Shown: one piece after another, positions 40,260-54,606 of the stretch | Position numbering within the stretch: position 1 is the first letter of the stretch | How the letters are laid out: every line of letters begins with the position of its first letter | Source of the DNA: Auanema rhodensis | Taxonomy: Eukaryota > Animalia > Nematoda | Reading direction: 5' to 3' | Assembly: GCA_964057225.1 (NCBI GenBank) | Contig: OZ059895.1 | Span: 14,012,001-14,076,000, forward strand | DNA: 64,000 nt | The notes under the pieces: generated by a model | What the model was told of the DNA's origin: nothing | Databases searched by the model: none | What the model saw: only the letters and a program-made list of their open reading frames with translations | Position numbers and translations under genes: made by a program

Positions 40260-41894
40260 TCATTCTTCGGGTGACTCTTCTTCACTGTCTGTAGCAGTTA
40301 CTTCTTCAATTTCAGGCATTGGAAATCTCAGAATCGCAGCACATCCTGTGAGCAACGTAAGCTGTTCACCTGACACGTGCATTGACGAAAAAATTAGAAC
40401 ATTGCCATTCTAAAAACAAAAATACAATAACAGGCTATAGAACACTAAAAAACTTGAATGCAACCCTTACTTGTTCACGAACACTCTCAACTAGCTCAAC
40501 ATATTGTTTTCTAGTAGCTATATCATTGGAACGAAAGAGCGAATCCGATAACATTAGAGTCTCTATTGCTTGTTCTTCATTAGCCATCGCTACGTGTCTA
40601 TAAATTAAGTAATAAAAATACAAAGATAGAAATCGATTACTTGTATCCATAATATGCTCTATCGGGATCCATGCTCATTAATTCATGGAAATTATTAAGA
40701 GCTTTAACTTCCGCTTGAGCCTGAAATATATAAAATAAGGTAATTCAATAAAATATTTTTACCTTGGTATCTGCTAACCGAAGAGCTATATCTTTGTCTT
40801 CTAAAACTTCTTTCAATGCATGCTTATATCCGCTACTAGCGTGAGTTAAAAAAAATTTTGATCTGTGTTCAGAAGTAATCTATAATCGAAACAGTAGAAG
40901 GATTTAATTAGTTTCTAACGCAAACCTTCTTGCCTTGAGTTTCGGCATAATGTAATAAATGATTGAAAAAATGTTCATTGGTAAACCCACGTCCGGCTAT
41001 CAAAACACATTTTACAATCTATAATAGATAAATTAAATTAATAGTTACAAATTACCTAATTGAAATCTACCTGAAAATTTACATGACGTAAGAATGCGGC
41101 GGCAATGGCATCATAAAACTTTTGTAGTCCTTTTTCATGCTGTGAGGTGAACCCTTTTCTTTTTCGGGGAATCTGGAGAAACTATGTCAGGTTTAGGTTG
41201 GAAACAATCACCAACCTGCATGTCAATTTTGGCCTTGACTAGTGTCATAGCTGGAGTTACTAAACACAAGTGAGCCATACCTTCATGAAGAACTACAGCT
41301 GCTACATCAGCCTGTTGGGTAGGATCCAAAGCAAGATCGATTCTATCTAGAAAATAAAATTCTGGTTGACTTTCAAGATTTCAGGATACCTAAATCTATA
41401 ATATCCCATTCGGTTTTTTGGAGAGTGAATTTACGATTTGGCTCTAAATCAAGTGTATGATATGCTCCTAATTTGACATGTTCGTTTTCTTCCACATTTC
41501 TTCCCTAAATTTATAAAAAAAAATTGACAACCGTATCCCTAAGTTACCTTCAAATGCAACGCTTCAGCTCCGGGATCAAAATCTATAGACTCAACTTGAA
41601 TGGTTAATGTTGTAGTCATGCGTTGGCTAGTTACAGACCCGGTCGAAGATTCGTTTATAACCTATTGGATTAACATTGTAATTAAATCGCATTATATATT
41701 CGTCATACCTTTCTTATAGTCTGACTTCTAACAATATCATCAACTCGAATTAAGTTAAATATGTGCCACATATCTTCTGCTTCTTCCGGCACAAGAGAGA
41801 TAAAACTATATGAATAAGTAATTAAACAATTAATAGAATATGAAGTAACATACCCGGATCCTCCTTTTTCAATACATCGTTTTAGAAGCTTCAT
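40260..41894 (-). CDS. pelo-1: Pelota/Dom34 ribosome rescue factor
   Basis: [14 protein letters not shown]...[15 protein letters not shown]...TIRKV...[14 protein letters not shown]...[14 protein letters not shown]...IPRKRKG...[28 protein letters not shown]. Confidence 0.95.
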
Positions 41895-43002
41895 TTTTTA
41901 ATAATTAGAGTAGTAGCTAGTTGGAAAAATTATATCAGCTTTGTTTCCGCATATACGTTCTAAAAATTAAAATTGATATATTTCTTTCTTTCTTAATAAA
42001 AAACAAAGATAAAATTTCAAGCTTGAAAAAACAATAACAAGTTGTCTCATGTATAAAGTTGCGTACAAGCGGAACCATAACAATAGTAAAGGTCTGTCTC
42101 TGTAAAATAGAGCACGTTTATTCTACTGTTTTAATAAGCCTCTCACATTATAATGCAAACGGTTCTTTTTTTTTTGTTATTTCTATTGATGTCTATTTTA
42201 TGATGATACGCCTACTTAGCATGAGGTCACAAACATTACTGGCACTTTCCTTAGGTTCTCACAATTATAGGCTGTTGATTGATCTTTAGATAAGCAACAA
42301 TGTATGTTACATTGTTATTACTGGTACTATTCTCGATTTCTTCTTTTTTTAATATTTCTAGAGCTATTATTTTATATTTATTCGTTGTTAATGGCTATAG
42401 TTAGTGGAGTCTTTGGTTTTTCCAGTGTAATATCTTCATAAACCTTCCTTATTGTCCATCGTAAACTACACTAGCTTGAACTCACAAATCTTGTTAATTT
42501 ATTTCGCTATGAATTTTCTTTAATGATTAATACTTCACATATAATTGTTTGCTTTTGTAATGCGATCTGATAATAAGTAATCAAAGGTTTTACTTTTTTT
42601 TTTTTATAAAACCCGAACCTCCTTTAGATTTTAGGGCACAATGTGTAAATACTCTCAAGACATCTGCCATTCGGCCTTCTTTGTCTCATTGCAATGTCTT
42701 ATTTACATATAAATCTGCATAATCTTCTTAGTTTTTGTAAGATAATATACCTGAAAATTTGTTGATCAGGTCATGACTTCATGGAGAAGTATCCGAACCT
42801 AGTAGTTAGATTATAACTTCAATAGTGGTCCACACCACGCTCCAGCCTAAGTAATTAAACCCTTTAAGGCGCAATTACTTTCTCTCTTCTCCGTTTTTCT
42901 CTAGCACTCTCTTTGGATGTTGTGCCTTCATCAGGGACTCAGTCGTCCGCTCACAATTGCTTCTCTCTGTCCTCTTCAAGGGCCACACTGTCTATAATGG
43001 AC

Positions 43003-43383
43003 CTGTCAAGTAAGATTGATGGACCGATAGATACACCCTGCAGCCTACCCGAAACGCTCGCAAAGCCCCCTACGGTCCTATTTTGTTCGGTTTTTTCAAT
43101 ACAGCAAGATTTACGAGCCAAGTCTCCAAACATCCTCGTTTTTTTCAACTAGGTTGTTCGCTCGGTCATCTTGCTCATCGTCGGCAATGGCTAATTGACA
43201 GGGCCAGCCAAATGAGCCGTTTTCGCTCATTTTCAAAGCTATTTTTTCACTTTTTTTTTCATTTTTGCATCTACTTTTGGATTCCGTGGTTCTACATTAT
43301 GTTTCTGATGTCTTCGGTATCTGATTGATGGGTTTTTCGACTCCCTGCGGAGCGGTTGCGTTCGCGGTCGCTTGGATAAATCA
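43003..43383. promoter_or_regulatory. Cluster of Meis/Prep and Pbx-Hox consensus sites upstream of ceh-20
   Basis: CTGTCA (43003) + AGATTGATGG (43013), TGACAG (43196), TGATTGATGG (43322), TGATTTAT on the minus strand (43376-43383). Confidence 0.5.
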
Positions 43384-43763
43384 ATGACCCGAAAGGCCGT
43401 ATAACAGTGCTTGGCCTATGCTGATCCCATCGTATCCATTGTAAAAAGACCTAACAGATGTCTAATAGGTCTGTCGTCTTCATATAGTTAGCATATTTCA
43501 CTGCTGAAACTAAATGAGTGATGCTAAGCATTGCCGTAGATCTCGCACTTTGTTGTCATTTGATCATGTTATCATGTTATTTATTAATATAAATGATTGT
43601 GGAGGCTTCTCTCTATGTCTTCAATACTAAAGTGGCTTGTCATAAAATTGGACATTAAACGAAGACGCTTATTTTATGATATGTAATTATCTTCTATAAC
43701 GAATAGCCCTTCTGTATTCACTTTTCGTTTATCAAATTTAGTGTTAAATCGTAAATTTTACAG

Positions 43764-45156
43764 ATGGTTGGTACCATGGAGCCTCAGAAGAAGACCATGA
43801 ATGATTTGCTCCAGGAACTTATGAAAATATCTGAGCAGACTTTAGACGATAATGATACTTTGAAGTAACTTTTTGCTATAGTTTTGTATTATTATTTTTT
43901 TTTTGAAGAAAGCAAGCATTATATTGCCATCCTATGAAACAAGCTCTATTCGAAGTCTTGTGCGAAGTTAAGGAAAAAACAGGTATGTTCGAATATAATA
44001 TTACTCTAATATGCTTTAATTTTTATTTTTTTAGCGTTAACTTTGAGAAACGCCACAGAAGAACAGCCTGAAGATCCACAGTTGATGAGGCTGGATAATA
44101 TGTTGGTATGTTTATAATATTATAAAATTATACTTTAACTGGGCTCTTTTTTTTAGGTAGCTGAAGGAGTTGCTGGTCCAGATAAAGGTGCACCATTAGC
44201 AGGTGACGCTTCTGGAGGTGACCAGGCGGATTATAGGCAAAAACTTAGTCATATTCGAATGGTTTATAATCAAGAGCTTCAAAAATACGAAGAGGTGTGT
44301 TGGTTGATTTATAACTTTTTATTTTTATTAATTTTAGGCTTGCAACGAATTCACTCAACATGTTATGTCTTTATTAAAAGATCAATCCCGCACTCGACCA
44401 ATTAGTTCAAAGGCAAATTTCAATTCAATACTTGAAAATCACGTTTTTGTTGTTTAGGAAATTGATAGAATGGTTGGAATTATTCAAAAGAAATTCAGCG
44501 GCATTCAAGTCCAACTTAAGCAATCTACGTGCGAAGCTGTCATGATTCTCAGAAGCAGATTCTTAGACGCCAGGTTTGTTGTTTTTCCAAAATCAAATTT
44601 TATGAAACCCCGTTTTGTAGAAGAAAGAGAAGAAACTTCTCTAAACAAGCTACTGAAGTCTTAAATGAGTACTTCTACTCCCATTTAAGTAATCCTTATC
44701 CATCTGAGGAAGCTAAAGAAGAGCTTGCTCGCCAATGCAATATTACAGTTTCACAGGTATAGATTCAGAGGCACGCATAATCTTATATTTCATTCATTCC
44801 AGGTTTCGAACTGGTTTGGTAATAAAAGAATTCGTTATAAGAAAAATATTGCTAAAGCTCAAGAAGAAGCTAACATGTATGCAGCTAAGAAAGCCGCTCA
44901 TACCATTGGTGGAATTCCAACTGCAAACTATGGAATGCTCGCCGGTCCCTCAGGCATGCTGAATCCCTATCAGTTCCAAGGCATGCTCCCCGGACAAGAC
45001 TTAGGTCATATGGGAATGAATACTGGTTTTGACCTTTCTGCTTATAATCCTCAATTAGTAAGTTGATAAAGAACTGTATGCTGTTATATTAACTCTTTAA
45101 TTTAGATGGCTCAATATCAAGCAAATATGGATAATGAAAATAAACCGTCCATTTAA
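43764..45156 (+). CDS. ceh-20: PBC-class TALE homeodomain protein (Pbx/extradenticle)
   Basis: PBC domain ([55 protein letters not shown]) plus homeodomain [37 protein letters not shown]...[15 protein letters not shown]. Confidence 0.96.
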
Positions 45157-46377
45157 ATCTGTACAGATTTCATGAGATTCCTTGCCATGTAAAAAACACT
45201 TTCCTCAAGCATTTTCGAATGTATTAATTTTCATATTAATTTTTACACTAATAATGATTTCACGTTTTACATACGCTAGATTTTGATCTTCTCATTCAAC
45301 CTTGCCTCATTCTTAACAATTTTTTAGAATTTTGTACCACGTTCTAATTTTGATCTCTGCATAACACAATTTTTGTATAGATTAGTTTGTTAATGCTGTT
45401 GTTTGACATCATTTTGTATTCAATTTAACCGGTTCGACGATAAACGATGACGTCTTCTTCATTTAACTACAACCGTGAAGAATTTTATAGAGTGGCTCTG
45501 TAATCGAGGAAGTTAAACGATTATATGACAATTTCGAGCAGATATTAATCCAAATAGTTCAGTGTTCTTCAATTTTTCTGAAGGCTTTGGCGGTTGTCAC
45601 AACACATCTCGTCTTGACAGCTAATTTTCCAGATGCTATTCATTCAGTAGACATAAGCTTCATCCATTTTCTATTTTGAGAATTGAAAATTTAGAATCTG
45701 TTAACTATTTTGGATATTCAAAAACCTTTGCTCAAACGTCAAGCATAAATGATATCAATACAAGATATATTCTATTTCGACTTTTGTTTTGGCGCTTTAT
45801 TAGAATATTTGAATTAGCGTGACGTCACTACGCAAAACTTCTTTTCGATTTCTTGACGCGAGGGATCCGGTTGAGTAGTATAATAATGGTCGACGCTAAC
45901 GCACCTTTTCACCAATTTTTCAAATTCCTACATTTCAGTCATTTATTTCAATAAATGACGACTATTTCATTCAATATTCAAACGATTTTCAAAAGTTTTG
46001 GGAAAATGTGATTTTTGCGTCAATGCTAGTGATCCACAAGTTCACCCAATATAAGGAGGTGGTTTTTGATTTTTCTCATTTTTTATTGATTTTTGTGCAT
46101 TTTAGACTGTTTTTGTTATCAGAATGTTACGAAATTGTAATAAATTGTAAAAATATGGAATTTTTGATTTCAAGAGATCATATTTTGCGCTAGACTCACT
46201 TCTTTTTTCTTATAAAAATAATGCTTAATAAATGAAATTAAGTGAAAACCTACCAAGTCTAACAAACTTCGAACTCTTAGAATTAATAGACACATAGGAA
46301 ATCAAGGATTTTCGTGGCATCTTTATGAAAGACTTGACTTAATAATAATAAGCTAATTATAATAAGGTAATAATTAT

Positions 46378-47225
46378 CCCAAGAAGGGTGATATCAGCGA
46401 AATGTTATCTGGAGAGGTGGCATTCAATATTTGTCGTTTCATCCTGAACATTTGAAATTAATCATAACATTCTAAATAAAAGAAAACAAAACTGTACTGT
46501 GGAGACTGCGGAGATCATGTGTGAATCCTTGACAAACGATTGTTTCCAATGAATTCATGCTCAGGTACGTATACGGTGCTCCAGGATCCCCGAAGAACCA
46601 AACATTGTACGCTTTGGAATTTAATTTTCCTGAAAGTTTTCATTGTTATACGTAAGTTATCATTGATGCCTACCTGAATATCTACACACAAGGGGGACCA
46701 TTAAACGACGATGTATTCCATGAATTCGTCTTTTGATTGGGAACGGAGACGTGGAAAATGACGCAGAAGATAAATGCTCGACGTTGTTATCAGCTCCAAT
46801 CTAAGTACCACATAGAAATCCTTGTGAGAAACATACTTCACCTCCTCATCGTCAGGAATCTAAAAATAATAAATAATAAATAATTATTTATTAATCAGCT
46901 TCACTCTCTCTCTCTCTCTCTCTCGTGCATAAAAATTACAATATCTTCAAAAATGGTATCAAATAGGTTTTTCTGATTATTCCCACATAAATTCGCACAA
47001 ATAGGAATCCAACATCTTTGCGTGCACTTCTCACATCTTTTTACTTCTTTCCATTGGGGTTAAACTTATCCCCCAGACCCCCGAGTCTGGAAGTTGTGCG
47101 CGAGGATGGTTTAGAGTCTATTCCGTCCCAAGGTTGTAAAACTGCAAAAAACAGAACCAACTGACGTTTTAGAAAGCTGAAAAGTAAAAAGAACTCAGAT
47201 TCAACTCTACTTCAACTTCAGACAT
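46378..47225 (-). pseudogene. Decayed intron-containing clan AA (retropepsin-like) aspartic protease gene
   Basis: RLMVPLVCR...AYNVWFFGDPGAPYTYLS...QDETTNIECHLSR*HFADITLLG. DTG has become DPG, there is an in-frame TAA at 46405-46407, and the 5' exon has a stop/frameshift. Confidence 0.6.
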
Positions 47226-48187
47226 GTATGGATACTAGTTTACTATAGTAAAAGCTTTTAAATAGAACTTAATAAAGCATAAAACTTCACGTCAAGATGC
47301 AAATTACCAAAGCTCAGGAGAATGAAATCTTTTGGCGACACTTTTCCGGAGTTTGTTCGATGTGATTGGCATGCTTTTGAGCCGGCTCGAACGAAACTAC
47401 CAAACGAACAAATGACGAATCATGAGCTCAAATTGAATAGTTAACATCAATTCTAGGATCTGATCTCTGATTAATAGGGGGGGCGAAACGATACCAGCGC
47501 CCAAGGATCAAACCAAATCCCAATATCAATCTCCCGTCATACAGATAGCATTGATTAAAAATAGATCAGAACATATAACTATTGAAAAGAAATACTATTC
47601 TGACAATTTTATTAAATAAAAAAATAATTTTGTTTGGAAAGAATAATTTCATTGAAATATTAGAAATAAAAAGACTTTCTATTGTTCCGAAATTTGTAAA
47701 AAAAATGTGTAATGAACATGCAGTGTGTTTTGACTGATAAGGAGGGATCCAATTTAATTGATATATAAACCGTATTTTATTATTAGAAAAGTTGTAAATT
47801 CTGAGATACAGAAATAGCACGTGAAACTTAAATTCATGAATAAGACATGTCATATCTTTAAACTCACTACTACGATTTATATAATTATTTGTAATTTTTT
47901 ATTATTTTGATAGTTTTTGTAAAAACGTAAAAATACAGTATATAGTTATAGTATAAAAGGGTTCTTGTTGTGAAAAGCAACCCTGAGAAATTACAATAAA
48001 ACTTGATAATGTCATCATCAACAATTTTTAAAAGGGATATATTCTTTTTTCTTTTCGTTTTTTTCAAAAAATAATACTGGCCGGAAGAGTTTTTAAAATC
48101 AAAATTACATTCTTAGTGAGCGGCAAGATTGAACATAATTAAAGGAATATAGACTAATCAAAGGTGAGAACAGATCCTTGACTTCAG

Positions 48188-48210
48188 GAAGAAGAAGAAG
48201 AAGAAGAAGA

Positions 48211-48273
<63 letters not shown>
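48188..48273. repeat. Compound (GAA)n(GA)n microsatellite
   Basis: Seen directly in the sequence. Confidence 0.95.
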
Positions 48274-48278
<5 letters not shown>

Positions 48279-51200
48279 AGCATATGTAATAGCTAGTAAA
48301 AGAAAGAAAAAACAAGGAAATCTTAATCTAATGCAACTAGACTAGGTATGAATTATGTTGTACAAAGTAGTCAAGGTCTTAGAAGCTTTAGACAAAAAGC
48401 CAAAAATGATATAAAACTACAAAGAAAAAGAAAGAAATCAAATGAATCAATGTTATTTCATTTTCTATAATTAATGATAAACTGAGTAAGGATGATTGCT
48501 TCAAGATAATGTATAACAGATGATATTTCTACCTTTTTCAACTAAACAAAGTTGTTGTAGCGCCGAATAATTACATGTTCATTTCTAGAACTCAAGTTTT
48601 TTTTTGTTCCCTCGAGGCCATATAACCTTTTTTTTTATTATTTTCATGTGTATATACAAGTATAGTTCATCTTTCTTTCTATTGTATATCAATAAATATT
48701 TAAAGTAAATCTAAGCTTTTTCAAATATCTAATAGTTGGCAATTTCAATTTTCAGTCTATTTATTTCAAAAGTTTATGAAGAGAGAGACAACAACATGTC
48801 ACAAGAAATGATGGACAATTCATAATATCTGAAATCATTATCTTCATTATATTTCAAATAATAAATTCTTTTTTTCAAGCTTTTCATATATTTTTTTATA
48901 AAAAGTAGTAATAAAGAAGAAATGTATTGAAATAAAACTTGTTTTCTTTAAGTATGATGTCAATAAGTTTTATGTTCTTTTCTTCATATTTCTTGATCTA
49001 TATGAGTAATTTTAAGATTTTTCAGTTATATCTATATATCAATATATAATCTTTTCGAATATTTTCAGAAGAAACATTGATGATCACGAAATTTCTGAAA
49101 ACATATCTTCTAATCATCTGTAGAGATATCTCAAGTATAAGTAGTAAACTTGATCATAAATCTAATGGAATTGAACTGTCTGTTAATTCCTTAGCAGTAT
49201 AGTGAACAACTCAATATTCTGAAGCTTCATCATGTAATTCTGAGTAATCCACGTTTGTATGAACATCGTGAAATGCCATAGATTTGATGATTCAAGATTT
49301 TCTCATGTTTAGAAGAGCATTTACAGAGATTTTTCAGTGTAAACTAGACCTCTTCGAACAGAACGATGAACTTGTTTTTTGTGTCTTTGAGACTGTTTGT
49401 TTTAGATTTATAGCTGAAGTATGATTCTGTAGTTTCTAACAACATACATACAACATCATTGATGATGATTTCTGAAAGAAGTACATTGTTTTGAATGGCC
49501 TTATACGAAAAGACAATAATGAGAAGTATGAACTGAAAAAAGGACTATTTAGGTGAATTATGCGATTGTAGTTTCAGAAGTTTGTAAGGAAATAGCATTG
49601 AACGGCTAACTAGAAGCCGATTGTAGTGCCATGAAGATGTGCTGACGACATCTGTCGTGTTCTTATGCCGACGTTGCGGCTAATCGAGCACGTCTTCACG
49701 ACATTTTCTGTTATACGGTCGATGGATGTCGTTGCAGCAATCGTTGGCTTTGAAGAGGACGAACGAAAGACGAACATAAAATGAAAAAGAGATAATGTTT
49801 CTGCTGACTAAAATCTCCTTCAAACCAAAAAAAGAACATTCATTTTCATAATACGGTAGTCATATAATTGGAAATATTGAGAATAAATCCATCTGCATAT
49901 CATATGATCATGATCTATGTATGTTACTTTGTAAAAATCTCAAAGTTTCATTGATTTTTAACCAAAAACTTTCACTTCGTTTTCCAGAGAAATATTGGAA
50001 CTGTGTTCTTCCGTTAAGCAAATTGCCTGACGTTACCGTATTGCTAGTGAATGAATTGGTTGAGATGTTGGTGGCACGTCCTTTACATGTACAATTTCAC
50101 CATCTTAGAAGCTTATCCTACGATAATCGTCTACAGAACGGACTCAAAGTTTGTTCGACACAAGAATAAAACAGTAGGCAATGTCTATACAACGAACATA
50201 TATGAAGTTTACTAACTTAACGTTTGAAATTTGACTCAACTAAGGCTTGATTTACAGAATTCTCTTTAGTATCAACTGATAAGTTTCAATGATTCTGTCC
50301 AATTTTTCTGGAAATATAGATAGTTAGAAGCATTATATATATAGAATATGATGCTTGATATATACATAAGGTTATGATATTTCTAATAAAAGAATTTCAA
50401 AGAAAAGGACCAGTTAGGCTGAACCTGAATCAATTGCCTTAAACACGCAAAGAAGGACCGACTGTCGTACTGACGCTTCTATCGTCTCGCACCATTTCCC
50501 ACTTCACTCATCTTTCGTTCTTTAGCCATCAGGGCATGCTCATCTTTCCCTATTATTTCTTTTCCATTGCCTCTCTTTCATCTATCTACACTTCTGTTTC
50601 CCTCTTGTTCGTTTTCCTCTATCCCTCGCTCCGTTCAACGCCTTTACGGGTTTGCACCTCCTCTCGCCACCCAAGGACAAGATGTTTCTGGCCAGGATTG
50701 CACGTTGAGAAGAGCTGAACGTAGACTAGTAATACGTCAAAACTTTCTAAGAATTTTCAATCAGCAGTCTGTGAAAATCATTCATAAAGCATGTCTGCCA
50801 TTACCATTTGCTTTGCTCACCTACCGTAGTTTGCGTCAGCCAGTGTGAGCTCAGCGCCGTTAGCATACGGTATCATCACCAACTACATTCCGTTAACTAT
50901 ACTATACATATTGATATATCGTTTTTCATTTCATAAAACTATTAATCTTTAGTTTAAGGTGTTATATTGAATTTCTGCTTTGATTCTATAATCCTCACTT
51001 CAGTTCTTCTTTCTCTTCTTTACTTACTTTTGTATTTATTTTCTATCAATGGCAACCGGTACGAATCTTTTCTCATGTTTCCTATCTATTGTCCTCACAG
51101 TCGTCTACCTTCGTTAGATTTCACACATATAACGATCATCGTATTTTTACTTAATCCTTCTATTATCTTCATAACTCTAACATCTCATGTTTTCTCTCCT

Positions 51201-52363
51201 TTTTCGTTCAAAGATTTTACCGTTCCATCACACTTCATCATATTGAATTCTTTACTTATTTTCATCATTTATGAAATGAATCTATATACTATATATCTGA
51301 AAACTAACTAGATTCTTGCTTTCATGTGTGGTTGTCTGTGTATGTGTGAATAAGCCGATCCTACCATCATCTACCTTTGCCTCTCTATCGTTCTCTTTTC
51401 GGAATTCAGATCGTGCTCGATTGTCATTGATTGCGCAAGCCGTTTACAAGCTGATTATCCCCATTTTTACCAATTCAGCTAGCAAATTCGATTCAGATGT
51501 ATTTGGATTGTTGCCGCCTGTTTCCTATCCAGATTTCAATATTTTATCTTTTTCTATATAAAATATTCTAAATTTAATTTATATTAAAGAAATAGTTATA
51601 TTTATTATTTCTTAGATAATCTACTACAAAAATTTTCAACCTCAGTTGAGTAACAGGAAATGTACTATATAGAGCGATTCAATTTGTCTTTCTTCTTTTC
51701 TTTTGTTCCTTCTTTTAGATCATCTTCTACTTCATCTTCTACTTCATTTATTTTTCTTTTAATCTTCCATCCCGTTGCTTCTTCGGGTCATGAACATTCC
51801 CATTTTAGTATTTTTCGACGTCAGAACATGCTTCTTGACATCAGATACCGTTTTCGGTTTCATTTTGAAAGTTGCCAATCTATTTCAATGACTTTCGCCA
51901 TTCAATATTACATATGCATGTAGTATAGACATAGATGTGCCGGGTTGTCGTCACCTTTTGCCTAACAAACATCATCATCTAGTTGGTGCGACAGTTGGAC
52001 GACGATGACGCTGTGTATGCCTGGCTTGTACGTCCACTTATTGGCCTTCGGGTGCAATTACAAATCGGCTTTTCGAGTGTATTCATACGTACGTATTGGA
52101 TTCAGAAGATGTGAAAATACAACATTGAGGAATGTAAAGTAGAGAGAGAGAGAAATAGAAGAACAAAACTGAATTCATAGTAGATAATATGCTATGTAAT
52201 GTAATAATGTAGACAACGTTCATTTACTTTTGCTTTACATCCTTTTTTTCTCTTTAAATCTCTTCGTTTTTCCTCACTCTATTCTATTTATTAACTGAAA
52301 GTAGAGAAAGAATAATTCAAAAGACATCTCAAAACACTCGACCAAATAGGCAAAGAATGGTTG

Positions 52364-52391
52364 ATGATGATGATGATGATGATGATGATGA
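52364..52391. repeat. (GAT)n microsatellite
   Basis: Seen directly in the sequence. Confidence 0.9.
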
Positions 52392-53007
52392 CACTAGTAG
52401 GATATACCTATAGCTATAGCTATCTCAAGTCTAAACATGTCTTATTATTTTATAATATTAAGTTTATAAACTAAATATTCTGAATCTTGTATAACCGTAG
52501 TAATATTTCTCTCTCTCTCTCTATATCTTCTAAGAGACATGTTATGACGGAAATTGCTACCGCTACTTGCTACGGCTCTCATACTACCGTAGCAAGATAG
52601 GGTGATATGAGTCTAAGCATATGCATATTCTTAATAAATAAAAAGTTTTTCTCTCTATCTCAAAGCAAGTATCTATTTTTGAGAAAATCATTGTTACTTT
52701 CTATTCTGATTTTCTGAGAAAATATATTTCAAAATGACTTGAGATTTTGCCGTTTCATGCTTTGGATCATTAGGTATTCTTACGGTAACTTTGATGACAT
52801 ACGTTTGACGATCATCTTGATTCCTGATGTCATTGTGTGGTCTCATTTCTTTGTTATAAACGAACTTATAGAATTGTTTCTTATTGGTTGCTTAGGCTAT
52901 ACAGTTAGTTATACTGTACTTTACGGTGTAGATTTTGATTGTAATAAAACTTTATTCTTAATATTCTTATATATTTGTATTCGAATTTTTGCTATTTTAG
53001 CCTAACC

Positions 53008-54485
<1,478 letters not shown>

Positions 54486-54561
54486 GCAAAAGCATTGTCA
54501 TCATCTTTCTTGTTAATATCTTTCAAATTCTTTTTTAGAATCTTTTCTCATATTTACAGGC

Positions 54562-54564
<3 letters not shown>

Positions 54565-54604
<40 letters not shown>
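54565..54604. repeat. (TC)n microsatellite in the lin-48 3' region
   Basis: Seen directly in the sequence. Confidence 0.95.

Positions 54605-54606
<2 letters not shown>

Noticed and set aside
42840-42861. Minus-strand GGTTTAATTACTTAGGCTGGAG resembling the SL1 leader (17/22)
   Set aside because: Not followed by a GT donor and no Sm site; more likely a TAATTA motif or chance.
45420-45910. Moderately GC-rich block with a TGACGTCA site
   Set aside because: All frames I checked are interrupted and no family is recognisable.
49642-49648. CTGACGA hammerhead-like core
   Set aside because: No stem II followed by GAAA in the required geometry.
50770-50800. Weak similarity to a Pax2/5/8 (EGL-38) response element upstream of lin-48
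   Set aside because: Only a short partial match from memory; not supportable.
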